NCBI GenBank assembly: GCA_012517755.1
Contig: JAAYUH010000031.1
Span: forward strand, 1-35,239
DNA: 35,239 bases
Origin: a bacterium
GTDB lineage: Bacteria > Caldisericota > Caldisericia > B22-G15
Reading direction: 5' to 3'
Shown: in pieces, positions 8,128 to 18,890 of the stretch
Layout of the letters: each line of letters opens with the position of its first letter
Numbering within the stretch: position 1 is the first letter of the stretch
Translations under genes and position numbers: made by a program
The notes under the pieces: generated by a model
Databases searched by the model: none
Told to the model about the DNA's origin: nothing
What the model saw: only the letters and a program-made list of their open reading frames with translations

Positions 8128-9497
8128 AGAGAATTTCTTGATAGTGCTTTATCAATAGAAGTTCCAAAGGGAAGTTTTGTCTTTTTGCCTTTTATCGTCA
8201 AATCAACCTCATTCAAATTAAGTGCATCTGTAAATGTAAAAACAATTTGTTTTAGGAAAAGTTTCTCTTTGATTATGGAATCAATTCCTGATAAATCAAT
8301 ATCAATATCAATTTTTATAGTTTCATCACTTATTTTATATGATAGTAACTTTGAATTTGTCGGGATCAATGTTATTAAAGGAGATGGTGGATTTAAAAGA
8401 TTATTGAATATCACCTTTGCTTCATCTTTTGTTTTGTTATAAATTGTTTCAGGAGAAAGAAAAAGGTCGTTACCATCTTTATAAATATAATAAATTGGAT
8501 ATCCATACATACCTTCTGGAGGAGGATTTAAATCATAATACCATCTTGTTAAAGGTTTTGATGTGTCGAAATTCCCACCTATAGTTTCAACGCTTTTTCC
8601 ATCAATAAGAAAAAGCACTCTTTTTACTCCGGGTATTTCTGTAATGGAGAGAATAGTTGAGTACATAAAGGCATATTCAGAACTCGAACCAAAACCTCTA
8701 TAATTTAAGATATCAGAAGTGAAATTTAAATAGATCAAATCACCCTCAATTTTTAAATCTTTTAATATTGCTTCGTCTGGGATTGTTTTAGAAACTATAC
8801 TACTTAATGATGAATTTGGACCAGCCTTTAATTTGCTGAATATGAGTTTAGCCCATTCAACGGAATCTTTTGGTTCTGATATCTCTTCTTCAATAACAAT
8901 TGGATGTTCATTATTTTTATCAAAAAAGTAAAGGTTAACCTTTTTTCCTGATGGTAATTTTGATGAGAAAAATGTAAGTGATGAGGATATTGGCATTGAA
9001 CTCCAATATAAATCATTTTTTTTACCTTCTATAAGTATAGTGACATTTCTTAAAGATGTATTTCCAATTATAGTATTGACAATAGAATATAAAGATGCAG
9101 CTTCTCCAGTTACACCTTCAAGAACTCTATTTTTAATTTCTTTTGAAAAAGAAACTATAGCTTCATCTTTATTAATTTCTACTGATAAAACTCTTGTTTG
9201 TGGATCAACAACCTCTTTTAAACTTTCTGATTCTGGTCCTGAGACAAGCTCATCAATGAGTCTTTTTATTTTTTCCTGAGTAGAGGAATATTTTGGTATT
9301 GTTCTTTTCTCAAAAATCAGTTCATTTGACTTTTCATCAAAAAAATATATTTTTGCTGTGTCAGTTCCTCTATTAAAAATATTAAAATCAAAAAATCTTA
9401 ATGAAAACAAAAAAATTATCAAAAATATTAAAATAATAAGAAAAGCAATTCTTCTTTCTTTATAAACTTTTTTATTTACAGTTTTTTTTCTCATCAA
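8124..9497 (-). CDS. GerMN-domain (two copies) membrane-anchored protein
   Basis: N-terminal TM segment, then two repeats of the GerMN pattern: YFFD..L..E.R.IP......IKRLIDELVSGP, and LYFFD......IEEEI......AKLIFSKLKAGP. Confidence 0.65.
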   Translation of the reverse strand: MMRKKTVNKKVYKERRIAFLIILIFLIIFLFSLRFFDFNIFNRGTDTAKIYFFDEKSNELIFEKRTIPKYSSTQEKIKRLIDELVSGPESESLKEVVDPQTRVLSVEINKDEAIVSFSKEIKNRVLEGVTGEAASLYSIVNTIIGNTSLRNVTILIEGKKNDLYWSSMPISSSLTFFSSKLPSGKKVNLYFFDKNNEHPIVIEEEISEPKDSVEWAKLIFSKLKAGPNSSLSSIVSKTIPDEAILKDLKIEGDLIYLNFTSDILNYRGFGSSSEYAFMYSTILSITEIPGVKRVLFLIDGKSVETIGGNFDTSKPLTRWYYDLNPPPEGMYGYPIYYIYKDGNDLFLSPETIYNKTKDEAKVIFNNLLNPPSPLITLIPTNSKLLSYKISDETIKIDIDIDLSGIDSIIKEKLFLKQIVFTFTDALNLNEVDLTIKGKKTKLPFGTSIDKALSRNSL

Positions 9498-9512
9498 TTT
9501 AATTATATAACT

Positions 9513-10685
9513 TTATATGAATAGACCAAAAGATCTAAGTGACAGATATAAAAGAAAAAGGCCAAGAACAAGAAATATTATTGAGGTTACTAATTTAATT
9601 TTCCCTACATTTTTTCTCATAAATTCACCTAAATTTCTATTTGTTAAGCCAAAATAGACACCTAAAAAAATAATAATTAAAGGTAAGACAAACATCAAAT
9701 TATAAATTATTAAATATAGAGTAGCCTTACTTGTTAATTCTGGAATACCAATTATATAAACAATTGTTGGTAAATATGTTTGGCCAGTACATAAAAATTC
9801 AATTACGGATATAGGGAATGCTATTAAGAAAGCAGTTAGAAAAATTAAAGAAGATTTTGGTTGTTTTTTAATAATATTTTTTGCACTTTTCTTGAATACC
9901 CCTGGAAGTTGTAAAGTTATATCCTCACCTTCACCCCTTTTTATTTTTAAATAATCACGATATGAAAGAAAAGCAAAAAAAAGGACAAGGATAGACATAA
10001 TTATATACAAGATTTTTGAGAATAAAGCAATTACTGAATATTTTTGAATAATTCTAAACAAGCCAATACCTGAAAGTAGATAAGCAAGAAAAACACCTAA
10101 AGTGAATGAAATTCCAGTTAATAATATATCCTCTCTCTTCCTATTTTGAGATAAAAGAAAAGTTATAAAAAATATCAAGACAGCAAAAGCACAAGGATTT
10201 ACACCATCTATCAATCCTGCTGCAAATATAACCAAAACTCCAAAATTCTGAAAGTACTCTTTTATTTTTTCTTGACCAGAAATTGTTGAAGATAATCCTT
10301 TTAATAGATACTCTGAATCTTCATAACTATAATTATTAATTTTTTTATTAATATTATTGAAAATATCATTTTCTCTTATATAAACATCTTTACCAATAAA
10401 TATAGCTGGAACAACCCCCCTTTTATCTTCAGGAACACCATAAAATTCATCAAGTTTTGCTCTTAATTCCTGATTTTCTGTAAGAACTATATTAAGTTTA
10501 GTTATTTTTAACCTACTATCTTTAGCCTCAAGTGATTCTAAAAAGGGTTTAACCCTTGCACATTCAGGACAACCCTCAATATAAAAATAGTATATTAAAA
10601 TATCACCAGAATAAGAAAGAGTAATTTTAGAGAAAAAAGAGAATAAAAGAATAGTAAATAAAAAAAATAATATTAATTTTTTCAT
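9513..10685 (-). CDS. CcdA/DsbD-type thiol:disulfide electron transporter with N-terminal thioredoxin-like (CPEC) domain
   Basis: Signal/TM segment, GCPECARVKPFLESL..VPAIFIG, then the DsbD_2 membrane core with conserved Cys in GLIDGVNPCAFAVL and EFLCTGQTYLP. Confidence 0.75.
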   Translation of the reverse strand: MKKLILFFLFTILLFSFFSKITLSYSGDILIYYFYIEGCPECARVKPFLESLEAKDSRLKITKLNIVLTENQELRAKLDEFYGVPEDKRGVVPAIFIGKDVYIRENDIFNNINKKINNYSYEDSEYLLKGLSSTISGQEKIKEYFQNFGVLVIFAAGLIDGVNPCAFAVLIFFITFLLSQNRKREDILLTGISFTLGVFLAYLLSGIGLFRIIQKYSVIALFSKILYIIMSILVLFFAFLSYRDYLKIKRGEGEDITLQLPGVFKKSAKNIIKKQPKSSLIFLTAFLIAFPISVIEFLCTGQTYLPTIVYIIGIPELTSKATLYLIIYNLMFVLPLIIIFLGVYFGLTNRNLGEFMRKNVGKIKLVTSIIFLVLGLFLLYLSLRSFGLFI

Positions 10686-10686
10686 T

Positions 10687-11727
10687 CTATTTTAAAAATT
10701 CTACTAATTTTTCTTCAATATTTTGGGTCGTTGGAGAACCATGAAATAAAATAGTTCCATCAACATCAACAAACAATATCTCAGGTGTGAATTCTATTGT
10801 TAATAACTTGAGAACTTCTTGATCCTGATCTATTGCTATTTTTAAAATATCTTTATTTTGTGTTTTTGTTAAATATTCACTTGTAGTTTTCTCTTGTGCT
10901 GTTTCAGATATAAAGATATAGTTAAAATTTTTACCTTTTCTAACTTTATTTATTAGTTCATCAAATTCATGAGTGTGCTCAATACAAGTGCCGCAAGAAG
11001 CATTTGTAGATACAATTATTGTTTTTTTACCTTTAATCGTTTCATTTGAAATAAGATTTCCATTTATATCTATAATTTCAAAATCTGGAATTTTATCACC
11101 GACTACAAGTCTTTTATACTCTTTTGGTTCAGGATTTAGATTGTTAAAAGCCTCAACACCATAATCCATTATATATGAAAGAGACGAAATCTCTTTTATT
11201 TTATCTCTTATACTTGTTGAAAGTTCACTATTTTCAGCAGGAAGTGCTACTGGTTTTGATAAAAGATCCTTAAAATCTTTTCCAACAAAACTATTAAAAA
11301 AATCTTCCCAGTTTGTTTCTATTTCTGTTTTGATTTTACTCAAGGGCAATATTTTTTTAATTTTTCCGTCAGAATCAAAAGCAATTATCATTTTTACTGA
11401 ATTATCTTTATTTTGTAAAATAAGATTTGTAAAGTTTATCAATGTATATTTTCCAAGTAATGTGCCTTTTTTATTTAGAATTGTATCAAATGAAGCAGTT
11501 ATGTTGGGATCATCAGGTAAATTTATCACTTTTGTTTCATAAATTGTATAATCACTTCCAAAAATTGTTTTTAATCCTTTATTTAAACTCATTTCTCTTG
11601 ATGAAAGTGTTGGAATTAAAAAAATAATCAAAAATATTATTATTAGTACTGCAATAATTATGAAATATGTTTTCAAAAGGTTTTTCCCTTTGTTACCTTT
11701 TTTCTTATCGTTTTTTTCTTTGTTCAT
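10687..11727 (-). CDS. Membrane-anchored TlpA/ResA-like thioredoxin-fold protein
   Basis: C-terminal GKKTIIVSTNASCGTCIEHTHEF (CxxC) in a redoxin-like context; N-terminal TM helix. GGAGG at 11739-11735 favours ATG 11727 over the track's TTG at 11745. Confidence 0.6.
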   Translation of the reverse strand: MNKEKNDKKKGNKGKNLLKTYFIIIAVLIIIFLIIFLIPTLSSREMSLNKGLKTIFGSDYTIYETKVINLPDDPNITASFDTILNKKGTLLGKYTLINFTNLILQNKDNSVKMIIAFDSDGKIKKILPLSKIKTEIETNWEDFFNSFVGKDFKDLLSKPVALPAENSELSTSIRDKIKEISSLSYIMDYGVEAFNNLNPEPKEYKRLVVGDKIPDFEIIDINGNLISNETIKGKKTIIVSTNASCGTCIEHTHEFDELINKVRKGKNFNYIFISETAQEKTTSEYLTKTQNKDILKIAIDQDQEVLKLLTIEFTPEILFVDVDGTILFHGSPTTQNIEEKLVEFLK

Positions 11728-11741
11728 ATATAAACCTCCTA

Positions 11742-12905
11742 TCAATCAAGTAATGATTTAATTTTAATAACTTCACCATTTTTTATATATACTTTAGGCA
11801 TTCTTTTTCCTATTCTCGTTACTATCTCATAATTAATGGTTCTACATTTTTTAGCTATTTCATCAGCACTTACCTCTTCTTTTCCATTTTTACCCAATAT
11901 TATAACATCCTCTCCGATTTGAGGATTTTCAAAATTAGAGATATCAATCATAATTTGATCCATTGTAACAGTTCCAACAACTTTAACTCTTTTTCCTCTA
12001 TAAATAACAATCCCTTTGTTAGAAAGTAATCTTGGATATCCATCTGCATAGCCAAGAGGAAGAGTTCCTATTGTTGCCTCTTTTTTTGTATAATATTTTC
12101 TCCCGTAACTAATTGGTGTATTTTCTGGCACATCTTTTATAAAAATCAATTTTGCTTTAATTGACATAACTGGATAGAGATTAATATTTTTTATTTCTCT
12201 TGATGGTTTTAATCCATAAAGCATAATTCCGCATCTAACTCCGTCGAGTATATATTGTGGTAAGTCAATTACAGTTGCTGAGTTTCCATGATGTTTAAAT
12301 GGTATTTCGATTTCCTCTTTTTTAAGAGAATCTACAACTTTTTGAAATCTCTCAAATTGAACTTTTGAAAAACTTTTATCACTTTCATCAGCAGTAGAAA
12401 AATGTGCATATAGTCCCTCTATAATTAAATTCTTAAATTTCATTACATTTTTAATAAAATCAACTGAATCTTGCCATAAAACTCCCACTCTTCCCATACC
12501 AGTATCAATTTTTATGTGAACTTTCACTTTTTCCTTTCTAATTTCGCATAAATTGTTGAGTTCTCTTGCAAAATCTAAAGAGTAGATAGTTGGGATTAAT
12601 GAAAAATCAAGTATATAATTTACTTGCTTTGGAAATATATATCCGAATATTAAAATCGGTTTAGATATACCATTTATTCTTAATTCCATTCCTTCTTCTA
12701 AGGTTGCAACTGCTAAATAATCACTCCCAAGTGTTTCGAGTTCTTTTGCTATTTCAACTGCACCATGACCATATGCATCTGCCTTGACAACTGAAATTAT
12801 TTTTTTATCTTTCACCCTTTTTCTAATAATTTCATAATTCTTTTTTAAGTTATCAAGATCTATTTCAGCCCAGACAGGTCTTAACAAAACAAAATCTTCG
12901 TTCAT
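11742..12905 (-). CDS. alr: Alanine racemase
   Basis: PLP-lysine motif VVKADAYGHG, the C-terminal YGR..Y and GYADGYPR blocks, 387 aa. Confidence 0.9.
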   Translation of the reverse strand: MNEDFVLLRPVWAEIDLDNLKKNYEIIRKRVKDKKIISVVKADAYGHGAVEIAKELETLGSDYLAVATLEEGMELRINGISKPILIFGYIFPKQVNYILDFSLIPTIYSLDFARELNNLCEIRKEKVKVHIKIDTGMGRVGVLWQDSVDFIKNVMKFKNLIIEGLYAHFSTADESDKSFSKVQFERFQKVVDSLKKEEIEIPFKHHGNSATVIDLPQYILDGVRCGIMLYGLKPSREIKNINLYPVMSIKAKLIFIKDVPENTPISYGRKYYTKKEATIGTLPLGYADGYPRLLSNKGIVIYRGKRVKVVGTVTMDQIMIDISNFENPQIGEDVIILGKNGKEEVSADEIAKKCRTINYEIVTRIGKRMPKVYIKNGEVIKIKSLLD

Positions 12906-13912
12906 GGCTTTACTACATATGTAAACTCATCAAAATATAAATCTCTTCCTAAATCAACTTTTCCTGTATATTTTGGTTTTTTTTCTCCATTGATTTCAAC
13001 TCTATATAAATGTGAATTATACCAGAGCTTCTCAGGATTTTTTATATTAAAAGGATTTTCTTTTACAATTAAAAGGTCACTTTCAATTATATTATCGCTC
13101 AATTTGTAATATGAAAAGTTTCTTCTAATATCGGTTATTACAAGATTCATCTCATTAAGAGATTTTTGTATTCTAAACCATTTATCTATATTTGATTCTA
13201 TACTACTTAGTCCAAAATATCCAGAGCATCTATCACCTTTCAATGCCTCAACCATTCTCGAAACAAAAATTAGTAACCCTTCAACTGTTTCAACTGGATC
13301 TGTAAAAAATGTATCAAATTTGTTTTTAAAAATATCTTCTAATGGGTCTCTTGCATCATAAGTATATACTTCTATGTTCTTAAGATTTTTCTCCTTCTTG
13401 ACAGAATTTATATAGTTAACTAATCTCTCATCTATCTCAAGAACAGTTATTTCATCAACTATGCCTGATAAGGAAAATAGAATACCCATCAGATCATCAT
13501 CACCAAGAATTATAATTTTCTTTTTATAAAGATCCCCTCTTGAAAGCATATATAAAAATCTTGATATTGCTGATTCATTATCAATAACACCTTGATCATA
13601 AACATTAGTAGGTAGTGGCCTATTTTTTGCTATTTCATCATATTCTTTAATTAGGGTAGACCATAAATTTAGATTATCGTAAACTCCTCTTCCATTACAT
13701 TTATCACATAAAAAAGATGTTGATATCTTTTTATCTATTTTATTTTCTAAAGAGAAGATGCCATCTTTTTCTTTTATAATTTTTTCATCTGAAAGTTTTT
13801 TTAATTCATCGAGGATCTCTTTTGCAGTATAATTACTTTTTGAAACAATCTCAAAAAAATCTGTATCTTTTCTTGACAAAATCATTAATATTTCTTCTCT
13901 TACTCTTTCCAC
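12902..13912 (-). CDS. bpsA: N4-bis(aminopropyl)spermidine (branched-chain polyamine) synthase, BpsA/DUF43 family
   Basis: SRGDL..K.I..LGDDDL, EIDERL, FDTFFTDPVETVEG, CSGYFG and VITDIRRNF are co-linear with Thermococcus BpsA as I recall it. GTG start with GGAGG 6 nt upstream. Confidence 0.75.
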   Translation of the reverse strand: MERVREEILMILSRKDTDFFEIVSKSNYTAKEILDELKKLSDEKIIKEKDGIFSLENKIDKKISTSFLCDKCNGRGVYDNLNLWSTLIKEYDEIAKNRPLPTNVYDQGVIDNESAISRFLYMLSRGDLYKKKIIILGDDDLMGILFSLSGIVDEITVLEIDERLVNYINSVKKEKNLKNIEVYTYDARDPLEDIFKNKFDTFFTDPVETVEGLLIFVSRMVEALKGDRCSGYFGLSSIESNIDKWFRIQKSLNEMNLVITDIRRNFSYYKLSDNIIESDLLIVKENPFNIKNPEKLWYNSHLYRVEINGEKKPKYTGKVDLGRDLYFDEFTYVVKP

Positions 13913-13949
13913 TTATTACCTCCAAAAATTTTCATATAATAATTTTATA

Positions 13950-14840
13950 CTATTTGATTAAAAATTTAGATAATAGAATTATTGTTAGAGGAGAGATTAT
14001 TGTTGTTAAACCTACAGCTTTGGCAAGAGTTTTTTTATTTAAACCTATCTGTGCTCCATATATTATAGTTGCCATCATTGTAGGCATCATACTTTGTAAC
14101 AATGCAACATTCAGTATATTTATTTGAATTGTAAAGAAAGAAGATACAAAATAAAATAAAAATGGAAAAATTATTAATTTAAAAACTGAAACAGGGATTA
14201 AATATTCTAAATCCTTTTTACTGAATTTGAATTCAAGGTTTATTCCAATATACAACATAACAAGTGGTGTTGTTGATAATTTTAAAATATTTAATGATTC
14301 AATAATGATTGATGGCATATAGAAGTTTCTTAAAATAAGACCAATTAAAAAAGCAATTATTGGTGGTGAAATAAAAGATGATTTTATATTATTTATACTG
14401 TTACCTGATAAAATGGTAATTAATGGGTAAATAATTATAAGGAATGTATACAAATGAATCTGATCAAAAAGAATACCATATGGTAGATTGTTTGCTCCAA
14501 AAAAAATCTCAACAAGTGGATAACCAAGAAATGCTGTATTTCCCATAACTCCAGATAGTATAAGAGTTGAAAGTTCCTTTTTATCTTTTATATATAGTTT
14601 CCCAAAAACAAAAATTAAAAAAAATTGGATGATTGTTGTGAGAGGAACAAGAATGAGAAGTATAAGATAATCTCCAGAGAATTTAGTAGTTAAAAGAGAA
14701 TAAAGTATAAGAGAAGGTAAAGATATATTGAAAACTATTTTCTTTATTACCTCTCCATCCTCTTCTTTTAAAAATTTTATTAATTTAAGAATATAGCCAA
14801 CAAGTATAAGCAGAAGAAAAGAAACAATTTTATTTACCAT
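13950..14840 (-). CDS. AEC (auxin efflux carrier) family transporter
   Basis: 296 aa polytopic membrane protein with an AEC-like N-terminus (IVSFLLLILVGYILK) and two hydrophobic halves. Confidence 0.65.
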   Translation of the reverse strand: MVNKIVSFLLLILVGYILKLIKFLKEEDGEVIKKIVFNISLPSLILYSLLTTKFSGDYLILLILVPLTTIIQFFLIFVFGKLYIKDKKELSTLILSGVMGNTAFLGYPLVEIFFGANNLPYGILFDQIHLYTFLIIIYPLITILSGNSINNIKSSFISPPIIAFLIGLILRNFYMPSIIIESLNILKLSTTPLVMLYIGINLEFKFSKKDLEYLIPVSVFKLIIFPFLFYFVSSFFTIQINILNVALLQSMMPTMMATIIYGAQIGLNKKTLAKAVGLTTIISPLTIILLSKFLIK

Positions 14841-15351
14841 CTACTGCTCCATTGACTAAATTAACAAAAAAATCACTAATAATATTGTAATCTAATTTGC
14901 ATAAATTAACTATCTCAAAATCTCTATATTTTATATTAATAAAATTCAAAATATCATCTATCTTACTCTCGTTCTCTTTTGAAAGAATTAAATCTGAGGT
15001 TATAAGAATTACTTTTTTATATCCTATATTAATTAAATTTTCAATTGCTTGATATATGTCTGGTTCGCAATAATCTAAAAAAGCTATATATGTTTTGATT
15101 TTTGATTTTATATAGATTAAATTTTTTAAATCTATTATAGAGTGATAATATTCATCATTTCTAAAATTTCTTTTCCATTTTTTAATTTCGTTGCTTATGT
15201 TTTCAAAAATTATATTTTCTTCATCAGATAATTCTAAATTAGATTCTATTTTTGATTTTAAATTTAAAAATTTTGATAGCTCATTTTTTGGGAAATCTTT
15301 TGGAATTCCACCTTCTCCAATCAATAATAAAGAAGTTTTATTGTTATCCAT
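14830..15351 (-). CDS. Hypothetical protein, distant CbiX/SirB chelatase-like fold lacking the catalytic His
   Basis: LLLIGEGG (in place of GHGS) and YIAFLDYCEPDIYQAIENLINIGYKKVILITSDL follow the CbiX strand-helix layout. This is weak pattern-level similarity only. Confidence 0.3.
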   Translation of the reverse strand: MDNNKTSLLLIGEGGIPKDFPKNELSKFLNLKSKIESNLELSDEENIIFENISNEIKKWKRNFRNDEYYHSIIDLKNLIYIKSKIKTYIAFLDYCEPDIYQAIENLINIGYKKVILITSDLILSKENESKIDDILNFINIKYRDFEIVNLCKLDYNIISDFFVNLVNGAVDGK

Positions 15352-15745
15352 CTTTTAATATTTTACAATAAATTTTTCTTTCTCTTGGTCCATCAAATTC
15401 CAGAAAGAAAACTCCCTGCCATGTACCAAGCATAAGTTCTCCATTCTCTATTATCAGATTAACTGAACTTGATGTTATAGATGATTTTATATGTGAATCT
15501 GCATTACCCTCAAGATGTTTATAGTTTAAATTTTCTTTAGCAAATTCACTTAATCTATCAAGAATGTCTTCAATAACATTTGGATCAGCGTTTTCATTTA
15601 TAATTATCCCAGCAGTTGTGTGAGGAACATATAGAACACAAACTCCATCTTTAACACCAAGTGACTTAATAATATTTCTTACATAATCTGTTATTTCTAT
15701 AGCATCAACTCTTTTTTTAGATTTTATTCTTATTATGTTAAACAT
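15344..15745 (-). CDS. YjbQ/UPF0047 family protein (secondary thiamine-phosphate synthase)
   Basis: VPHTTAGIIINENADPNV, EGNADSHIKSS and LGTWQG..EFDGPR are hallmark YjbQ blocks. Confidence 0.85.
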   Translation of the reverse strand: MFNIIRIKSKKRVDAIEITDYVRNIIKSLGVKDGVCVLYVPHTTAGIIINENADPNVIEDILDRLSEFAKENLNYKHLEGNADSHIKSSITSSSVNLIIENGELMLGTWQGVFFLEFDGPRERKIYCKILKDG

Positions 15746-16631
15746 TTTTTTCTTTCTCCTTTAATATCTCAATTGCTTTATCGACTAATTCTCCTTTAAA
15801 TTTAATATTTTTTAATTTTTTCAATTCATTGATTAAATCTTCTGTTTCTTTTCTCTCTAAATAATTTCTACCCTGTAGAGATGTTTCAATGAAATCTGCT
15901 ATAGAAATTATTTGAGCATCTATCGGAATATTATCTCCTTTTAATCCATATGGATAACCCATTCCATTGTACCACTCATGATGAAGTAGGACAAAATTTG
16001 CTATATTTCTTAATGGTTCTGAAGTGGATAAAATTTTATAGCCAATTTCAGGATGTTTTTTAACTAATTCAAATTCATCTTCTCTAAGTTTCGTTGGTTT
16101 ATATAAAATATTCTCTTTAATAGCAATTTTACCTATATCATGTAAAAGAGATGCATATTCAATATCTTCAATCTGATCAGAATTTAAATTGTATTTTTCA
16201 GAAATTTTTTTTGAATAATATGATACACCTTTAGAATGTTCATATGTTTCTATATCTTTAGTTTCTATTGTCTTTAAAAGAATTTTAGCTATCTCATCTT
16301 TTAATTTTTTATTTGTTAAATAAATTTCATCTTTAACTCCATTTAATCCATTAAATGAATAATAGGCATCAGAATCTCCGTTTTCTAAGTAACCTTTTTG
16401 TAATCTATATATAAAAAATTTTAATATGTTTGTATCATTTTCACTTATTTTTTCTTTTCTTGAAACCTCAATATATGAATATTCATTAAAATTCAATTTT
16501 AAATTATTTGAGTTATCATCTTTATTTCCAACTGCAACTGCTTTATCATTGAAAGAAACAAAAATATAGTCAAGTTTTAAAAAATCTTTTAAAATATTTA
16601 CCTCAGTTTCTAAATCTTTATAATTATTCAT
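15738..16631 (-). CDS. HD-GYP domain phosphodiesterase with uncharacterised N-terminal domain
   Basis: HSKGV, LLHDIGKI and HHEWYNGMGYPYGLKG..IP are the HD-GYP signature. Confidence 0.8.
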   Translation of the reverse strand: MNNYKDLETEVNILKDFLKLDYIFVSFNDKAVAVGNKDDNSNNLKLNFNEYSYIEVSRKEKISENDTNILKFFIYRLQKGYLENGDSDAYYSFNGLNGVKDEIYLTNKKLKDEIAKILLKTIETKDIETYEHSKGVSYYSKKISEKYNLNSDQIEDIEYASLLHDIGKIAIKENILYKPTKLREDEFELVKKHPEIGYKILSTSEPLRNIANFVLLHHEWYNGMGYPYGLKGDNIPIDAQIISIADFIETSLQGRNYLERKETEDLINELKKLKNIKFKGELVDKAIEILKEKEKNV

Positions 16632-16816
16632 CTATTGCTTCCTCTTAAATTATAGAATATAACACAATAACACATCTTTATATTTTACCATTTTTTAGTT
16701 TTTTTAATAGAATAAAAATATTTTAAAATAGAATAAATATCTTTATTTCGAAAAATAGAATTGAATCATGTTTTTTTAATACCTAGTTAATATATTAATT
16801 TACAATAACATACCTC

Positions 16817-16844
16817 TTGACAAAAGTTAATTTCAACTTATAAT
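16817..16844 (+). promoter_or_regulatory. Sigma-70-type promoter of groES-groEL
   Basis: TTGACA (16817-16822), a 16 nt spacer, then TATAAT (16839-16844). Both hexamers are perfect. Confidence 0.7.
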
Positions 16845-16857
16845 TTTTTATTAGAAA

Positions 16858-16884
16858 TTAGCACTCTTTAATTTAAAGTGCTAA
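16858..16884 (+). promoter_or_regulatory. CIRCE operator (HrcA binding site)
   Basis: TTAGCACTC-N9-AAGTGCTAA against consensus TTAGCACTC-N9-GAGTGCTAA (one mismatch). It lies between the -10 box and the groES SD. Confidence 0.9.
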
Positions 16885-16899
16885 ATAGGAGGTGAATAT

Positions 16900-17187
16900 A
16901 TGAAGCTAAAACCAATAGGAGACAAGATAATTGTTGAACCTGAAAAAGAAGAAGAAAAAACAAAATCAGGTATTGTTCTGCCTGATACTGCAAAAGAGAA
17001 ACCACAAAAGGGTAAAGTAATTGCAGTTGGTCCAGGTAAAATTTTAGACAATGGACAGAGAAGTCCAATGGAGATAAAAGAGGGGGATATTGTTATTTAT
17101 TCAAAATATGCGGGAACTGAGATAAAAATTGAAGATAAGGAATATTTAATTGTATCTGATAGGGATATTTTAGCTGTTCTTGAGTAA
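16900..17187 (+). CDS. groES: Co-chaperonin GroES
   Basis: [14 protein letters not shown]....[23 protein letters not shown]; AGGAGGTG SD upstream. Confidence 0.97.
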   Translation: MKLKPIGDKIIVEPEKEEEKTKSGIVLPDTAKEKPQKGKVIAVGPGKILDNGQRSPMEIKEGDIVIYSKYAGTEIKIEDKEYLIVSDRDILAVLE

Positions 17188-17201
17188 AAATAAGGAGGTA
17201 A

Positions 17202-18818
<1,617 letters not shown>

Positions 18819-18834
18819 TAAGAGTTTATATTCA

Positions 18835-18861
18835 GGGCTCCGATTTCTCGGAGCCCTTTTT
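18835..18861 (+). terminator. Intrinsic terminator after groEL
   Basis: GGGCTCCGA-tttc-TCGGAGCCC, a 9 bp GC-rich stem, followed by TTTTT. Confidence 0.85.
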
Positions 18862-18890
18862 ATTTTTATAAAATCTGATATATTTTTTAT

